Shown piece after piece: positions 15,001 through 27,943 of a DNA stretch of 64,000 nt (positions within the stretch are counted from its first letter, which is position 1; every line of letters begins with the position of its first letter). The notes beneath the pieces are model-generated. The model was not told the DNA's origin. It made no database searches and saw nothing but the letters and a program-made list of their open reading frames with translations. The position numbers were made by a program, and so were the translations under genes. The stretch lies in NCBI GenBank assembly GCA_964187785.1, contig OZ076409.1, positions 89,220,001-89,284,000 of the forward strand, read 5' to 3'. This DNA comes from Amphiscolops sp. MND2022 (lineage: Eukaryota).

Positions 15001-18000
15001 AATCAAAAATTTCCAAGTTTTTTCCAAGAAAATGTTTTGCGCTTTTTGAGCCTTAGATATGGCGCCGACTTTAGACGTTCTCGTCTTGCTTCGACAATAT
15101 AGAGTCTTTTATGTCGTATTCCATAACATTGGTTAAAACGTCATTCAAAAACACCGTATTTGCCGGTATATAATTCGACTGAAATCTACGATTTTATGAT
15201 ATATCCTTAAAATAAATTTCACGACTCGGTGTATAGGTCGATTTTTTAGGTCAGTGTTTGGTCCAAAAGGGCGACGTATACACCGGCAAATACGGTAGTA
15301 GGTTTTTTTACTGCTGCAAAAGAGTGGTTTCCAGTTTACTGCGAATTGCTTCTTAGAATTCACATGTTCGGAGGAACAATATCTGAAAGTTGAGTTGAAA
15401 ATTGTTTTAAAGCAAATTTTTCAATAATTACGAGATATCGACAGAAACAACTTGCAGGTTGTGGTGGCTAATTCTGGAAGCGTTTCACCTTTTTTCGAGG
15501 CTTTCGGCGATATGTGCAAACAATAGATTCTTTTCTCCATAAAATACATTAAACACCAGTTATGACGTTCTATTTCGTGAATTTTTTGTAAGGCTTAAAT
15601 GAAACCTACCTAATTTTTCTTGGTCGGAAACTGAGACCCTATGATATATATAGGTAGGAAAACAAAAAGTTTGCATCTAATGTTTCTATGGCGTTTGTAT
15701 GTTTTAAATAAGGTCGTATGATATTTGTATGCTGTTTGTGAGCGTGTTTTGTGAGTATTCGCCATTCCTGCTGAAGAATTATTCTAAGACGTTTTAGCGC
15801 ATGCACAAATGGAACCTGGAATTTCGTGGTCCGCCTCGTTTATTTTCCATTATTGCTCACTCGTATTCGGTTGATTTTGCCATTCATCTCCATTTTCATC
15901 AGAAACTCTCCACATACTTTGTTTTATGAATTGTAGTTTCAGTGGTTTCCAGTATGTTATCTAAATATAGATATCGGGTCATAACAACCGATTTTAAAAC
16001 GAGACGAAACTGCCAATTTTTAAAATGGGACAAAGTGGCCAATTTTTAAAAGGGGACAGAATAGCCGATTGCTTCTCTACACATCAAGTGCGCACATAGT
16101 TGACTAATGTGCGCACTTGATGTGTAGAGAAGCAATCGGCTATTCTGTCCCCTTTTTGCACATGACGAAGTCAATGTGCATTGCAGTCCAGCTAAGTAAG
16201 TTTTTTTCCACTATAGTCAACTTCATAATGAGCGCCTTTTAGAAAAAAGCCAAAACCCCAGAGAGATTCGAACCTGCAGCCTCCCGATTGCACAGCATAA
16301 GTGTTGACCACTGTGCCATAGGGACGTTATTGAACAAAGTTGAACTGTTGAATATATACGCATGCGATTAAAATAATATATATACGCATATTAAAATAAT
16401 CGATGTCTTCGTCATGTGTTGCGAAGCACCGCTTCGCCTCTGTGTAAAAATTGGCCACTTTGTCCCATTTTAAAAATCGAGCCAAGCTAAAATGAGTTTT
16501 TTAATTACGAAATCACCAAATCGGCTGTTTGTCCCGCATCTCTTATATACTACTTTGACCGTAATCAGACAATTGGCACCTCTACAGTAGCGTTCTAAAA
16601 CATCGCAACTCCGTTGCTTGAAATAGAAAAATTCAAATAACAAATTTCAAATGAACATTTTGAATAGTATAAAAATTTTAAGGAAATTTCCTAACTGAAG
16701 AGTTTTTGTATTCGTGACAGTTTCGAGGATATTTATATTTGAATTTGCTATTTTAAGCAATGGAGTTGCACTATTCTAGAACGCTACTGTACAGCCCCAA
16801 CTATATTTTTGAAACCAAGCCAGGCTAAAAGGAACCACATCGATTCATACAGCCAGTCTCGTCTCGAGTGCTTTTTGAAACTCAGTGACATGGGTGGAAG
16901 CTGAAACTTTACTGGAAGTCATACAAAATCACACGTCATTCCTTAATATATCATTTATCACGTCAAACTTATCACATGTTCATTTCAGCGGAAATACCAT
17001 GAAGCTGTTCTGAACGATGACAAGGAAGCTTTGCGAGAGCATCTTTCGTGTGATGAGCTAGAAGACGATGAGTTGAATATCTCACCTGTGCGCAATGTGA
17101 TGAGGCAACACACGAGGTCACCCAATGACTCACGACTCCGCACCCACAGACTCTCCCAGCCGTCACCCGCTGAGTCTACTTTCAGGTCAGATGTTGAGGG
17201 ACACCCATTAACTTCCAGGTGAGCAGCTTAAAAGCATTGTGCGTGTGTCTTATTCCCCCCAGGTACACTTTGTTAATTTCCGCCCATATTTCACATGGGA
17301 AAGGAAAATGTTTAAATCAAACGGTTTTTTTTACAAAATTTGCCAAGCACCAAATTTATATTTATCTTTAAGGGTGTTACCCATAGAATTCTACTCACAT
17401 AAATTTAGCTCCGTGCGATTTGTATTTGTGGAGATTTCTGGACTTTTTTAGTTGACCCCAGAATGACCCAGAAATAGTAAAAAGTGCAAAAATTTCCAAA
17501 TTTTTACGTTTTATTGCAATTTTTGTCAATTTTTCGATAGATGTCGTGGATTAGAATGTTGAAAAGGTTCAACAAGACAAGAATTTGTTGTCCAGTAGTC
17601 GTTTATGAAAAGATAAATGCGGTTTTTTCGGAAAGAAAAAGAACCAAAAATGACAAAAATCCAAAATATTCCCGATTTTTAACGTTTTTTATGCAATTTT
17701 TGTCAAATTTTCGATATAATTCGTGAATTAGAATGTTGGAAATGTTCAACACGGCACTAATGCGTCGTCCAGTAGGCTTTTCCGGAGAGATAATTGCTGT
17801 TTTCCAGATGAAAAAATTTCAAAATGGCACAAATCCCAACATTTTTCAAATTTAAAAGATTTTATGCATTTTTTCCGACATTTTCGACGGATTTTGTGGA
17901 TTGGAAGGGTCAACAAGGAGAGAATGTGTTGTCCAGTACGCTGTTCCGAAGAGTTTATTGCACCAAATGTCTCAAATTGACACCGAAAATGACAAAAAAC

Positions 18001-21000
18001 ACAAAGTTTCCAATTTTCGAAGATTTTATGCATTTTCCAAATTTTCGACAGACTTCGTCATTTGGAACGTTGGAAAGGGTCAACAAGGAAAGAAAGTGTT
18101 GTCCAGTATATTTAGAAAAGAGACAAATGCAGTTTTTTAAACGAAAACTGTCCGGAATTGACAACGAAAAAGACAAAATTTCGAAATTTTCCCGATTTTC
18201 ACTATTTTTGTTCAATTTTTGTCAAAATATCGGTAGACCTCGTGGACTAAAATGTTTAAACGCCTAAAACAAGTGCAAATTCGTTGTTTTGGTGAGCTTT
18301 TGTTACGAGATAAGTTCAATTTGTAAAAGAAAAATGCCTCAAATTGACCCTGAACTGTCAAAAAGTTTGAAGTTTTTGTCGTTTTTAGTGCAATTTCTGT
18401 ACATTTTCCGAGAGTTCAAACACAAGCAACTCAACTACGAAAGGTCGAGCTTTGCATTACAGTTTTTTGAAGAGAACGTTGCAGCGTTTTGCTTCAAAAA
18501 CGCTTCAGAATGTGTCGAAAACTTTCATTATCCTCGTTTTTGCGCAACTTGTGTACTTTTTTAATCGTTTTGGAGTCAGAATGTTAGCAAACGTTCAACA
18601 CAGACTGAGCTCATAATCCATTAGGTTTTCAAACGAATATTTGCAGACTTCGATTGGAAAATGGCTCGAAATTGACCGCAAAAAGTCGAAATTTTTGTCG
18701 ATTTCCAACATTGTCAGGGAATTTTTATTTGAGATTGGAAAGTTTCGGTAAAATAAAAGCTTCGAAAAGCTCCAGATGATAAAACTAGGCCCGAAGCACG
18801 TTTTTCAAAAAATAGCCTGTTTATGGTCGAAAGTTTCCTCAGAATGACCCAAATTTTGGAAAAACTGAGAATTTTCATTTTTACACTTTTAGGCAGTTTT
18901 TTGGTACAAGTTTTGAGCTACTTCCTTGCATAAAATGGTTTAAAATATTAACAATGACTAATCCGGGTATCTCCAGAAGGCAATTTCAAGCACGTTTGAC
19001 AAACTAATCACAATTTTTGTTCAAACCACGAACGTTTTTGAAGAATAGAACTTCCAATAACCTGGGCGTTGAATTAACAGGGTATTCAAAACACACTTGG
19101 GGATAAAGTGGGATGAAGTTCATTAGTTCACAACAAAGGTGTCAAAGTTTTCGAACTTTCTTTATTTTCAACAACATAGTCCCAATTTTGGACCTTTCCG
19201 AAAATTTACTTCCATCAGAAATACCATAGGCTCATGATTGAAACGTGGAGCTACGGGTAGTGTTTCGAAAAGATATCAGACAAGTTTATTCGCCCAACTT
19301 TCAAAAACTTTACCTAAAAACGTAAATTTCGACCTCATTTATCCTATTAATATTCAAAAACCTGCAAGCAAAATCACTAGATTTGTATCGAGTACACCAT
19401 CAAAGGAAGATGTTTCGAGCTACTTGGTGGGTTAGAATGGTGTAAACATTCAACAACAGCTTAACTCGGTGTCCAGTAGGCCTAATTTTGAAGAAACATC
19501 TGAAGATTCATGTTAGAAAGGTTCCTCAAATTATTAACCCCAAGCTTGTCAAAACTTTCCAATTTTTGACACTTCTGGTGAAACTGTGCAATAATATAAC
19601 AAACCGGGATCGCTCAATTTTCCTAAATTTGCAAAGGACTTAGTTTTAAGCTTTTACCTTTTTCTCCGTGCCAAAATATACCTCAAGACATACTAGCCTG
19701 AGACTAGGAATCCACTTTTGTCCAACAGGAATAAAAAAAATCCATTTTTAAATTTTTTTCCGGTAAAGTTCTATGATGGCGAAACTAGTTTCAGCTCGCA
19801 AAACTACTTTTCTCAAGCCGAAATCAGCTATCAAAGCAAGGGGGTACTCTTTGACCAAATGAATCAAAGCTTTCCCTGCTTCGAACTTCTTTGCGATTTT
19901 ATAGTGCATTGGCTACTCTTGAGCCTCAAGTTTATTTAGTTTTAGAACAGTTTGGGGCGGAAAATATCTCGCTGCTCAGCGGGCGTTTCGAATAGCCCCC
20001 AACACGAAAGAACATTTTAGTTTTGAAGAAAATTATTTCACTAACAAGATAATATATGAATGAAATATCTTAGAGGATTGTCTTTACAGCTGTTTTGACA
20101 CTACTAGCAAAACTGACCCTAATTTTTTGGTATTGTCCAAAATTCCTGCTGCAAAATTGAAATTGATTGTGGAAGAAGTGAAAAAACATACCAGTGAATA
20201 CTAAGTCAATTTCGTTTTTGTGCCGCTGAAAATGCTACATTTATCAGTCGGCGCGTTTTTTAAGCAAAAATGCCCGACTATAGCAGTGACCTTTTTTTCT
20301 TCAGACCACAGACCTCACACTGATCGGTCCACTTTTCAGAGAAACTCCTGAAACCACTAAGGCCAAGTCCCGCCAAGGCAAACTTAGTGCAGAGGGTCCC
20401 CCTTTCATTTTTTTTACTTTTTAACGTAACCTACAAAACCGGACGAGCCTAAAGGGTCCCCCTTTTCGATTTTTTTTCGGCGCTGTGCGACTTTTTTCCC
20501 GAATTTTTTAATGTCCCCAAAGGGTCCCCCTTTGAGTTTTTTGTTATTTTGCGGCGGAATGTATGTTTATAAATCAAAAAGGGTCCCCCTTTTACATTTT
20601 TTCAGCACTATGCGACTTTTTTCGAAAGAAAAATTCAAAAATTTCAAGTTTTCCTCCAAAAAAATATTTTGCGCTTTTTGAGGCTTAGATATAGCGTTGA
20701 CTTTAGACGTTCTCGTCTTGTTTTTAGTCAAACTACATCATTTGTGTTGAAAGTTTGAATTACCTACACTATACAGTCAACTGCATAAAATGGGCTCTTT
20801 TGTCTGTACACGCGATGCGTGTAGGCTTTTTAAATCGATACGCTGAAGTTCGTAAAAAACTTACTACAACCAGCTGTCTAAGGCAACGCAGCGTCGTTAT
20901 TTGGTTATGACCAATATTCGTTATAACTGGAGTTGAGCTGAATTGTGTATAGATTAGTTCTATTGTCAGTTTCAGATGGTCGCCAAGATTGGTCAAAATA

Positions 21001-23021
21001 TTCCAGGGAATGTTTTATTTCAGTGGCAGTTATCTGCAACCTACCAAACCAATTCCTGTGCGTTACTCTCCCCACGGCAACAACTTCATGGCTTCGAGCA
21101 TACCCCTCACTAGGAGTTACCATGGCAACCTTTCTGGATCATCTATTGGCAGTGACATTTTAGATCGCGATAAAAGTAGTAACGGTATGTTCACATTAAA
21201 AGATTCATTCTAGTCGAATCTTTTACAATTAAAAGTAATGAAAATGATAATGTAAAAAACCACTGTATACTTTTGATCTGATTCTTTCAATCAAATTTAT
21301 ATTAAAATTGCCAATAGTTTAAATCGAAATCGTACAAGAGGCGCAGTGACACCAGACCAGGTTCCAACACCGAATATTTCCCTGAGAATGGGTACCCACG
21401 ATCTCTTCCAAATTTCCCAAAATTAAACTTCTGATGGTAATTAAATGGTTTCACTCTCGGCTTTTGTCTTGCGGAACGTAGAATGTTCACTATATTGGTT
21501 TTCTACTTGTTATAGCATAGTTATAATGTAAAATAAACGGTGGGTCAAAAAATTGTTATTGTTCGATTTGAGAGTATACAAAAGTTCAACGTTCTTTGGA
21601 TTCGACACCCCCTCCCCTTCTTCAACGTGATTTAATTGGATACAATGTCAATGATTCGGATATAGTTTTTTCGTACGTCAAAACTATTAGTATAGTTGAA
21701 ATCGGAAAAGGTTTGGTCCTGGGCGGGATTCGAACCCTCATACTACAGCTTTCAAGTCTCAATTTATACAGTAGGCCAAATGATGGGTATAGATGTAGAC
21801 TACTCTTGTCAGTAGTTTCAAGTAGAAATTGTTCGCAAAAAGTTTAAAGAAACCCATTCTTTGAGAAAACATAATATGAGTGAATGGATAGCAGAAAATT
21901 TTGGTTCGTTCATCTTGCTTTGAAAAATTGTAGTGACTGAAAAAGTAATGAAGCTTCCTAAGACCTCATTCACTGCATCATCTATCGAATTAGCTGCCAT
22001 TTTAAGTGTGATTTTCAAATCCGTTACCTTTAATATTGTCGAATACTGGAAAATTTTAACTAATAATGAAATTATTATGGACTATTTTCGAGCCAATCAT
22101 GCCAGTATTTTGACAAATCTCGATGAAGATATTAAGGTTGTAAAGAACGGCTATATCTGAAAATTTTAGCATAAATTTTGAAAGCTGATTCATAAATTCG
22201 TAAATCTCTGTATTTGACATTATATTTATCCTCATCAGAAGTTCATTTTATTATAGAAAAACTATTCACCACTGCTCATTTCGATATATGAGTCCTGTTA
22301 GTATTTCCATCAATGATATTCAAATGAATTCATCACTATTGATTCTTGTTATGAACCCAAATTTGAATGGAATCCTCCTGGTGAAAGCTTCCATGCCCTA
22401 ACACTGACTCCTCGATAATGAACGTTTATTTTTCCACCTTTGGGTTATGAGTTTCATGACTTCCTGTCAGACTGACAAACATAATCTCCTGTTATCATTT
22501 AAAGTACTAAAAACTTTTTCTATTTAGGTGACCCCTCCCCATCCAAATTCTCGACTACTTCTTCAAGTCTAAAACATAGTCCCCAATCTGGGTCCAAATG
22601 GGGTCGTACTGGTTCCAGATCCGGGGTCGTTGACAGGTCACCCCACGTGACTGCTTCTCAGTCCGCCCCAAAAAGTACAAGCAACAACAGACCGCCCAGT
22701 CGAGCATCCAACGTTTCAAGCAGCACTTCTTTGCAGACTAGCAAAACCCATTCGCAGCACATGTCACCCTCGCCTTCCCCTTGCTCTGTGCAAAGCAGCA
22801 ACCAATCATCGAGCAGCCTGAACAACAGCAAAAACAGCAACAACTTCTCAAACCCCACTGGTGGTGGTGTTAGTGGAAGCAGAGCTTCCAAAGATGCAGT
22901 AGACAGTAGTGGGAAACAACCCCCTGTGAAAGATCAGGCTGGCGATGGTGGACCCAATACTTCATCTAGTTCAAAAACTGGCGGCAAGTCTGCTGTGTGG
23001 TATGAGTATGGGTGTGTTTAA
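1..23021 (+). CDS. CCDC88C: 3' portion of CCDC88-family (Daple/Girdin-like) gene; inferred exons 1-105, 2933-3204, 3279-3392, 6720-6889, 8923-9297, (9746-10243 possible cassette), 11165-11266, 11368-11427, 13210-13529, 14178-14279, 16989-17218, 21024-21184, 22528-23021
   Basis: Phase-compatible GT-AG exons. Coiled-coil-like N-terminal exons, GBA-like motif DKISLEQFLRESNRSP in exon 13210-13529, and C-terminus KSAVWYEYGCV-stop matching the Daple PDZ-binding end. The 5' part lies outside the window. Confidence 0.88.
540..1008 (-). mobile_element. Helentron-associated/DINE-1-like non-autonomous element, subfamily variant
   Basis: Starts aacaagccgggaacggcccaagtcggcacc and ends aaaggcgccgactaaaaa; subterminal inverted AGTCGGCGC motifs; similar to copies at 1107, 14632, 20245, 27137. 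Confidence 0.7.
1107..2157 (-). mobile_element. Tandem dimer of DINE-1/Helentron-like element (units ~1107-1528 and 1529-2157) with duplicated terminal hairpin
   Basis: acaagccgggaccggcccaagtcggc starts both units; terminal gtcactataatagtcgcgtttcact..atgaagcgccgac occurs twice (2060-2157); very similar to 27137-27850. Confidence 0.75.
3564..5731 (-). CDS. BTB/POZ-domain protein with C-terminal coiled coil, ~215 aa; exons 5707-5731, 5224-5463, 4481-4630, 3564-3796
   Basis: Spliced reading MAKAKQAKE..FALSLEGKSLWIHREYLAQFSPQLKRLL..MRELLQCLYP..IDDSNLEIVMTLALEYDIEFIRSAVREYM fits the BTB pattern; all three introns are GT-AG and phase 1; 648 nt total. Confidence 0.8.
6949..7123. mobile_element. Small MITE, Tc1/mariner/pogo-like
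   Basis: Inverted ends c(a)gtggatcccg ... cgggatccactg, each flanked by TA. Confidence 0.55.
13800..14137. mobile_element. hAT-like MITE
   Basis: TIRs cagagtttt / aaaactctg, subterminal cgcta repeats, flanks gtgtaaga and atgtgaga (6/8 match, decayed 8-bp TSD). Confidence 0.55.
14632..15090 (+). mobile_element. DINE-1/Helentron-like non-autonomous element
   Basis: 5' ttttagtcgacgc..gcccgacta hairpin; 3' ggcgccgact followed by the agacg-ttct-cgtct stem-loop and ttg; similar to 20245-20725. Confidence 0.7.
16016..16477. mobile_element. Foldback/MITE-like element with 33-bp inverted repeats, internal 50-bp perfect hairpin and a tRNA-like fragment
   Basis: 16016-16048 is the reverse complement of 16445-16477; hairpin arms 16048-16097 and 16107-16156; gagattcgaacc (antisense B-box) near 16263. 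Confidence 0.6.
16585..16789. mobile_element. MITE, Tc1/mariner-like
   Basis: cagtagcgttcta..gcaactcc.ttgctt is inverted at the other end as aagcaatggagttgc..tagaacgctactg; TA on both sides. Confidence 0.65.
17470..18700. repeat. Degenerate tandem array, unit ~175 bp
   Basis: The motif tgtcaa.ttttcga...cgtgga.t.gaa.gtt.gaaa.gttcaacaag...tgtccagta recurs near 17521, 17698, 17870, 18040 and 18217. Confidence 0.6.
20245..20725 (+). mobile_element. DINE-1/Helentron-like non-autonomous element
   Basis: agtcggcgcg..gcccgacta at the 5' end; gactttagacgttctcgtcttgttttt at the 3' end; internal aaagggtccccc repeats. Confidence 0.7.
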
Positions 23022-26000
23022 TTTATTACTTGATTATAATTTTCATTCTCCTTCCCAAACCTTTATCTAAACTCCCTGAACCGTTGCAATACTTATATGG
23101 TTGTCCAGTTATTATGTATTTCAGTGTAGCTTCCAGGAAATGTTGGATCTTTTAAATATGACGAGTAAGATGAATTTCTCTGTTTGCAGATTATGACATG
23201 CGCCCTTGCATTAAGTATGGCGCATGTTACACCTCTGACTTTGGGGTCAAGTGTGAAATATCAAATCAGGTAAACATTGAACCCAACTCCAAGAACAATT
23301 ATATCACTTGACATTTTATCTTATTTGAACGACAAAACGAGTTCCTTTGTTCTCAAACTGTTCATTGTACTGAATGTTTGTGAGGGTGTGGGGTTTGTTG
23401 AAGGGACAAAATTAGACCATGAGTGGAAATTGTGCCTGCTTCTGTAACAGTAACTTATTAGCGAAAGAAACTCGTTGGAATCTAGCGAAACTTACTGTCG
23501 ACTAACAGTGCGCCCATTTGCATTTTAGTTTCGGACATTCAACTAAAGCGTAAATGCTAACTCCAGTTTCAAGTTGCATTTCTCCATCTCATTCAGATTT
23601 TTGAGTTATGTTTCAATACAAATTTTGTTCATTTTTAGTTTAAATCACTAGAAAATCAATCACATCATAACTAAAATCATCAGTATAGTCCAGATTAATT
23701 CACTCTACTAGTTTTCAGATCTTGACTATGAAATGAGTGTAATGCTAAAGAATGTCCTGATGGGGGTATTTCGGCCAATTAGAAATAATGTTGATTCGTT
23801 AAGATGATGCTTAGCAAGTGTCCCATTCCATTTTCACTCGTCATAAATCTTCGTTCATTTCAAGACAGTGCTTAAAAGACCAACATGTTTCTATTTAATA
23901 ATTTTATGTTAAGTTAAAGTTGAGCTCCTGTTGTTGCCCTTGGTGCGTTTTTGAGTGTAGCTAGTTGTCTGTTCCCGTGCATACCCTGTTCTGGATTCCA
24001 AATACCACTAATAATAATAAATACGGTTAATTTTTGGTTTAACCTTCAAGTTGTCCTTTAATTTCAAAATTCTTCATCTCTCAAATGTTGCTGCAGTTTC
24101 GGTCAAATGTTTCACTTCCAAGCCAGCCCTGACTGGAATTGGGGCCAATTATCTATTATATAACAAAAACTTTTTATAATGTCCAGAGTTTCATGCATGT
24201 TTCCTCAAGTTTTATAAATATTGTTCACGCTTAGTTAGTTTTTGATCTCTACGGATACCTAAAGTTTTCAGCTCTATAATTGTCCGCTATTTCCATTTGT
24301 CTGTTATTGTTCTCAGCATAAACGTATTCAAAATTGGTGCGACGGGCTAATTTAGAGTCAGTTGTGTTTTAACGACCTTAGCTCTGGGGAAGTGTCTGTG
24401 CGAGGGTCATCGGACATTGTGCAGGATTTTAAGATACTTTATTGAGTCGCGCAAATTCTAGAGCGATGCTTATACATTAAATTTACTTCACAAATACTTG
24501 TCTCCCTTGTAAATTGTTGTTCTTAATGCTTCTACTCCAAGTGGTTTGTTACATGTGAGTTGAGCTAGAGTTTAAAGAAGAATTTAATTTTCTAACCATG
24601 TCTTTTCCATGATATCTCAGTTCAGTTCAATTCAGTTAATGTATTGCAAAAGGCGCAGTGGTACTGGTACTTATACAGTGGACAAAATATAGAGTTTTCC
24701 ATTCAAATTCACCAAAAGATGAGACAAAAAATATCCAAGAATACAAGACCAGGTCTTCTGACCTTTTAGGTAGCCATCTAATGCACAGAAACTAAGAGGC
24801 AGTGGCGTATATTCTGGTAATACGCATACTAGAATAAAATCACATACTTTCTAGCCTCAATTGTTTGACTGAAACAGTATCAGAGAAGTTTAAACCAAAG
24901 TCTCTACGGATCTGAAAAATAATTCATAGCATTTCGTAAGAAGTATTTGCCGTCGTCTTTGCATGATCAAGTATAATTGGGGATAAACGTTAATAATTCA
25001 AACAATTTTATCGTTTTTGTTATACCAGAAACAGTTCCAAAATAGACACCTGGCCCCACACCCAGCCTGACAAAACGTAATCATGCAGAAATGACATCAA
25101 AAGTTCAGCGCGTTATATACATTAAGTGGTAACTTTCATATTCAAATTAAAAGCACATAATTTCCAATTGGTGTTGTTGTTCAGAATAGAAACACACACT
25201 GATACCTAAAACTCCGGGGTTCGAGTTCAAAACGTCATCGATTCAATTGTAGTATATATATTACTGTAAAAGGCGTTATATCAGATCGAGGAAATAGTAT
25301 AATTCAATTCGAAGACACAGAAGTTAGAAAATTAATTTATACGAACAACCACCATGGTGATAACTAATTGGTTAAAAAATTCGAACAATGCTGTTGGAAA
25401 AATCTTTCAGTCTGAAAAGGCTTTTTTCCTGCAAAAACATTGGAAATTACACCTCTTGAAAGAAGTTTCGCTAAACGCTTTGTCCTTGGCTAAAATTTTT
25501 TAAAAATTATACGGGTGACTCTGCGGTTTCATTTGGTCTTCCCTCTTCTACCTTTGCAAGGAGAATAATTTGTTTGGTCTAGCGCAGGTCCGCGTAGACT
25601 TGTTTATCTGGCCCTCTCACTACGCAGAAAAACCGCGTTAACTTCGTGTCCAAGTGGAAACTGCTTTTCATCAGCATCTCTTAATTTTTGGCAGAAACTC
25701 TTGAACAAATCCTTGGCATTTTTTCAGGAAAACGAAAACTGATAATTTTGCAATTATTGAGAGTTCGTTCGTTTGAGTCTTAGAACAGTTCCTAATAGTA
25801 AAAGCGCTACTTGAAATTGAACAGGTTTTGAAGCAAGTATACTGAACATTGCCCGTCGACTCCAACAGCAATTTGACTTCGAATGCAATATTTTGAAAAT
25901 CGAAAATATTCATCATGAGCTAAAACCTTAATTTGGTGTAAGCCTTCCCTTGTCGAACAATTTCATGTTTCATTGTCAGCGATTACATAAAAGATCAAAA

Positions 26001-26039
26001 ATCGACAAAGTTGGCAAAATCAAATCGAATCATATTTAG

Positions 26040-26400
26040 AAACAAGACGGGAACGTCTCAGGTCGGCGCTATGCCTAAGACTCAAAAAGCGCTAAGTTTT
26101 TAAAATATGCTCAGAACGTTTTTCATGAAAAACTCAAGAACGTTTTACACTTCGTGATCTGAAAACGCTTCAGAAGTTCGGATATACCGTGCTAGGGCAA
26201 ATGGTAGCGCTTGTTTTTGAATCTCTTCTCAGTAAAACGCAATATAGTTCGGATATTACGTCAAAGATTCGGATAGTATTGATATAAATTATTGGCGGAT
26301 ATATATTGAGAAACCTAATATCATACAAAAAATGAGAGGCTTGAAAGGTCTCATAGTGCCAAAAAATGTGAAAGGCGCCCTTTGAATTTTTCTAACATCC
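26040..26400 (-). mobile_element. Partial/diverged DINE-1/Helentron-like copy
   Basis: aacaagacgggaacgtctcaggtcggcgc terminus matches the reverse complement of the 15060-15090 end. Confidence 0.45.
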
Positions 26401-27136
26401 CGTGTATTGCAAGTGTGTGAATGTTTCGTTTTTGAACGAAATCTGTTGACATTCATGCCGCACCAAAATATTCAGCAGCTTTACAAAAAGTGATCAACGA
26501 TGACTTAGCGTTGAAAAATTAAAGTCTTTGCTCCTCAATTGGAGACTGAGGAGTTGCAACGAGACAGTTGAATATTGGATTTATTATCAACGAAAGACAG
26601 TTTTTGTGCTTGCCCCCTTAAAATACGCAAAAGTACCAAAATCCCTGAAATACTTGAATTTCAAAGCGCGATAAAATTTTATATCTTTGTTTATATCTTT
26701 TCAAAAAAACTCTGGTGCAAAATTTTTTGAATTTTGACCAGAATTACAACGGTACATTCGTTTTGAAATAGAAGAAAACTTATGAAAGTTACATCACGTG
26801 GCGTAACTTTGAATTTTGGCATATTTCGGAATCTATCTTGCATTATCCCGCAAACCTCTGCTCATAACAAAAACGCTAGCGAGAATTTTGAATATCTGAC
26901 TCTGTTATCTAACTTTTTAAGCAGTGTTTTCCGAAAACGCTCTCTTCAATGACCTTAACCACAAATGGTCCAGAATTGTTGCAGCGTAAAGTTGTTGTAT
27001 CGACAAAATTCCAACTGTTTTTGAATGTTTATTTTTTTTGCTGGCCAATAGCTTTGGATATATTGCATAATAAACTTCGAAAATCTCCAAAACACCCAAA
27101 ATACAATGTGATGTATTTTTGATTCGATTTTGAAAC

Positions 27137-27850
27137 AAACAAGCCGGGACCGGCCCAAGTCTGCGCCATATCCAAGGCTCAAAAATAGCAAAAGGACTTC
27201 CAAGTGTCAATTTACAGTACTCGAAAATCGAAAAACCAAAAAAAATGCACCGAGTGGCGCGCCGGGGCCCGCTAGCGCGAGCCCCTGGCGCGCTAAAAGG
27301 GGGACTCTTCCGAAATTGTCAACATTTTTGTCGCAGTTGAAGGAGGGACCTTTTGGAGAAAAAACAAATTTTCCAAACAAAAAGTCTCACGATGCCGAAA
27401 AACTGAAAGGGGGGACCCTTTGGGATTTTTAAACACCCAATCTGTTGTAAAATATCAAAGAAATTGAAGGGGTTGAAAAATTTTATTTTCGGGAAAAATC
27501 TCACAGCGCCGAAAAAACTGAAAGGGGGGCCCTTTGGAATTTTCCAACATCCATTCTGTCGCAAAACAGCAAAAAAATTGAAGGGGACCCTTTGAGGAAA
27601 AAGTTTACCTAAAAAAGTCTCACAGTGCCAAAAAAAAATTGAAAGGGGGGACCCTTTGGTCTCGCCCGGTATGGTATGTTACGCGGAAAAACAGGAAAAA
27701 CCTTTTTGGTTCAGTTCGCTGGGCCAAATGGTGCAATTTGGTGCAATAATATTTTGTAGAACTTTTAAGAACTATTTTGGTCAGTTCGTCTGGATAGAAA
27801 AAAAGTCACTATAATAGTCGCGTTTCACTTAATGAAGCGCCGACTAAAAA
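27137..27850 (-). mobile_element. Full-length DINE-1/Helentron-like element
   Basis: Both termini present (aaacaagccgggaccggcccaagtc ... tgaagcgccgactaaaaa) in A-rich flanks. Confidence 0.75.
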
Positions 27851-27943
27851 ACTGCTGTATTTTGAGATACTTTGAGACTTTCTTTGTCGAATGCGTTTCC
27901 AAAAAAATGAAACTCATTTGAAGTTTTCGCATGCAATATGTGC

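Noticed and set aside
21715..21790. tRNA genes (ggattcgaaccc here, at ~5050 and at ~16263)
   Set aside because: Only antisense B-box-like fragments with no complete cloverleaf; more likely decayed tRNA-derived repeats.
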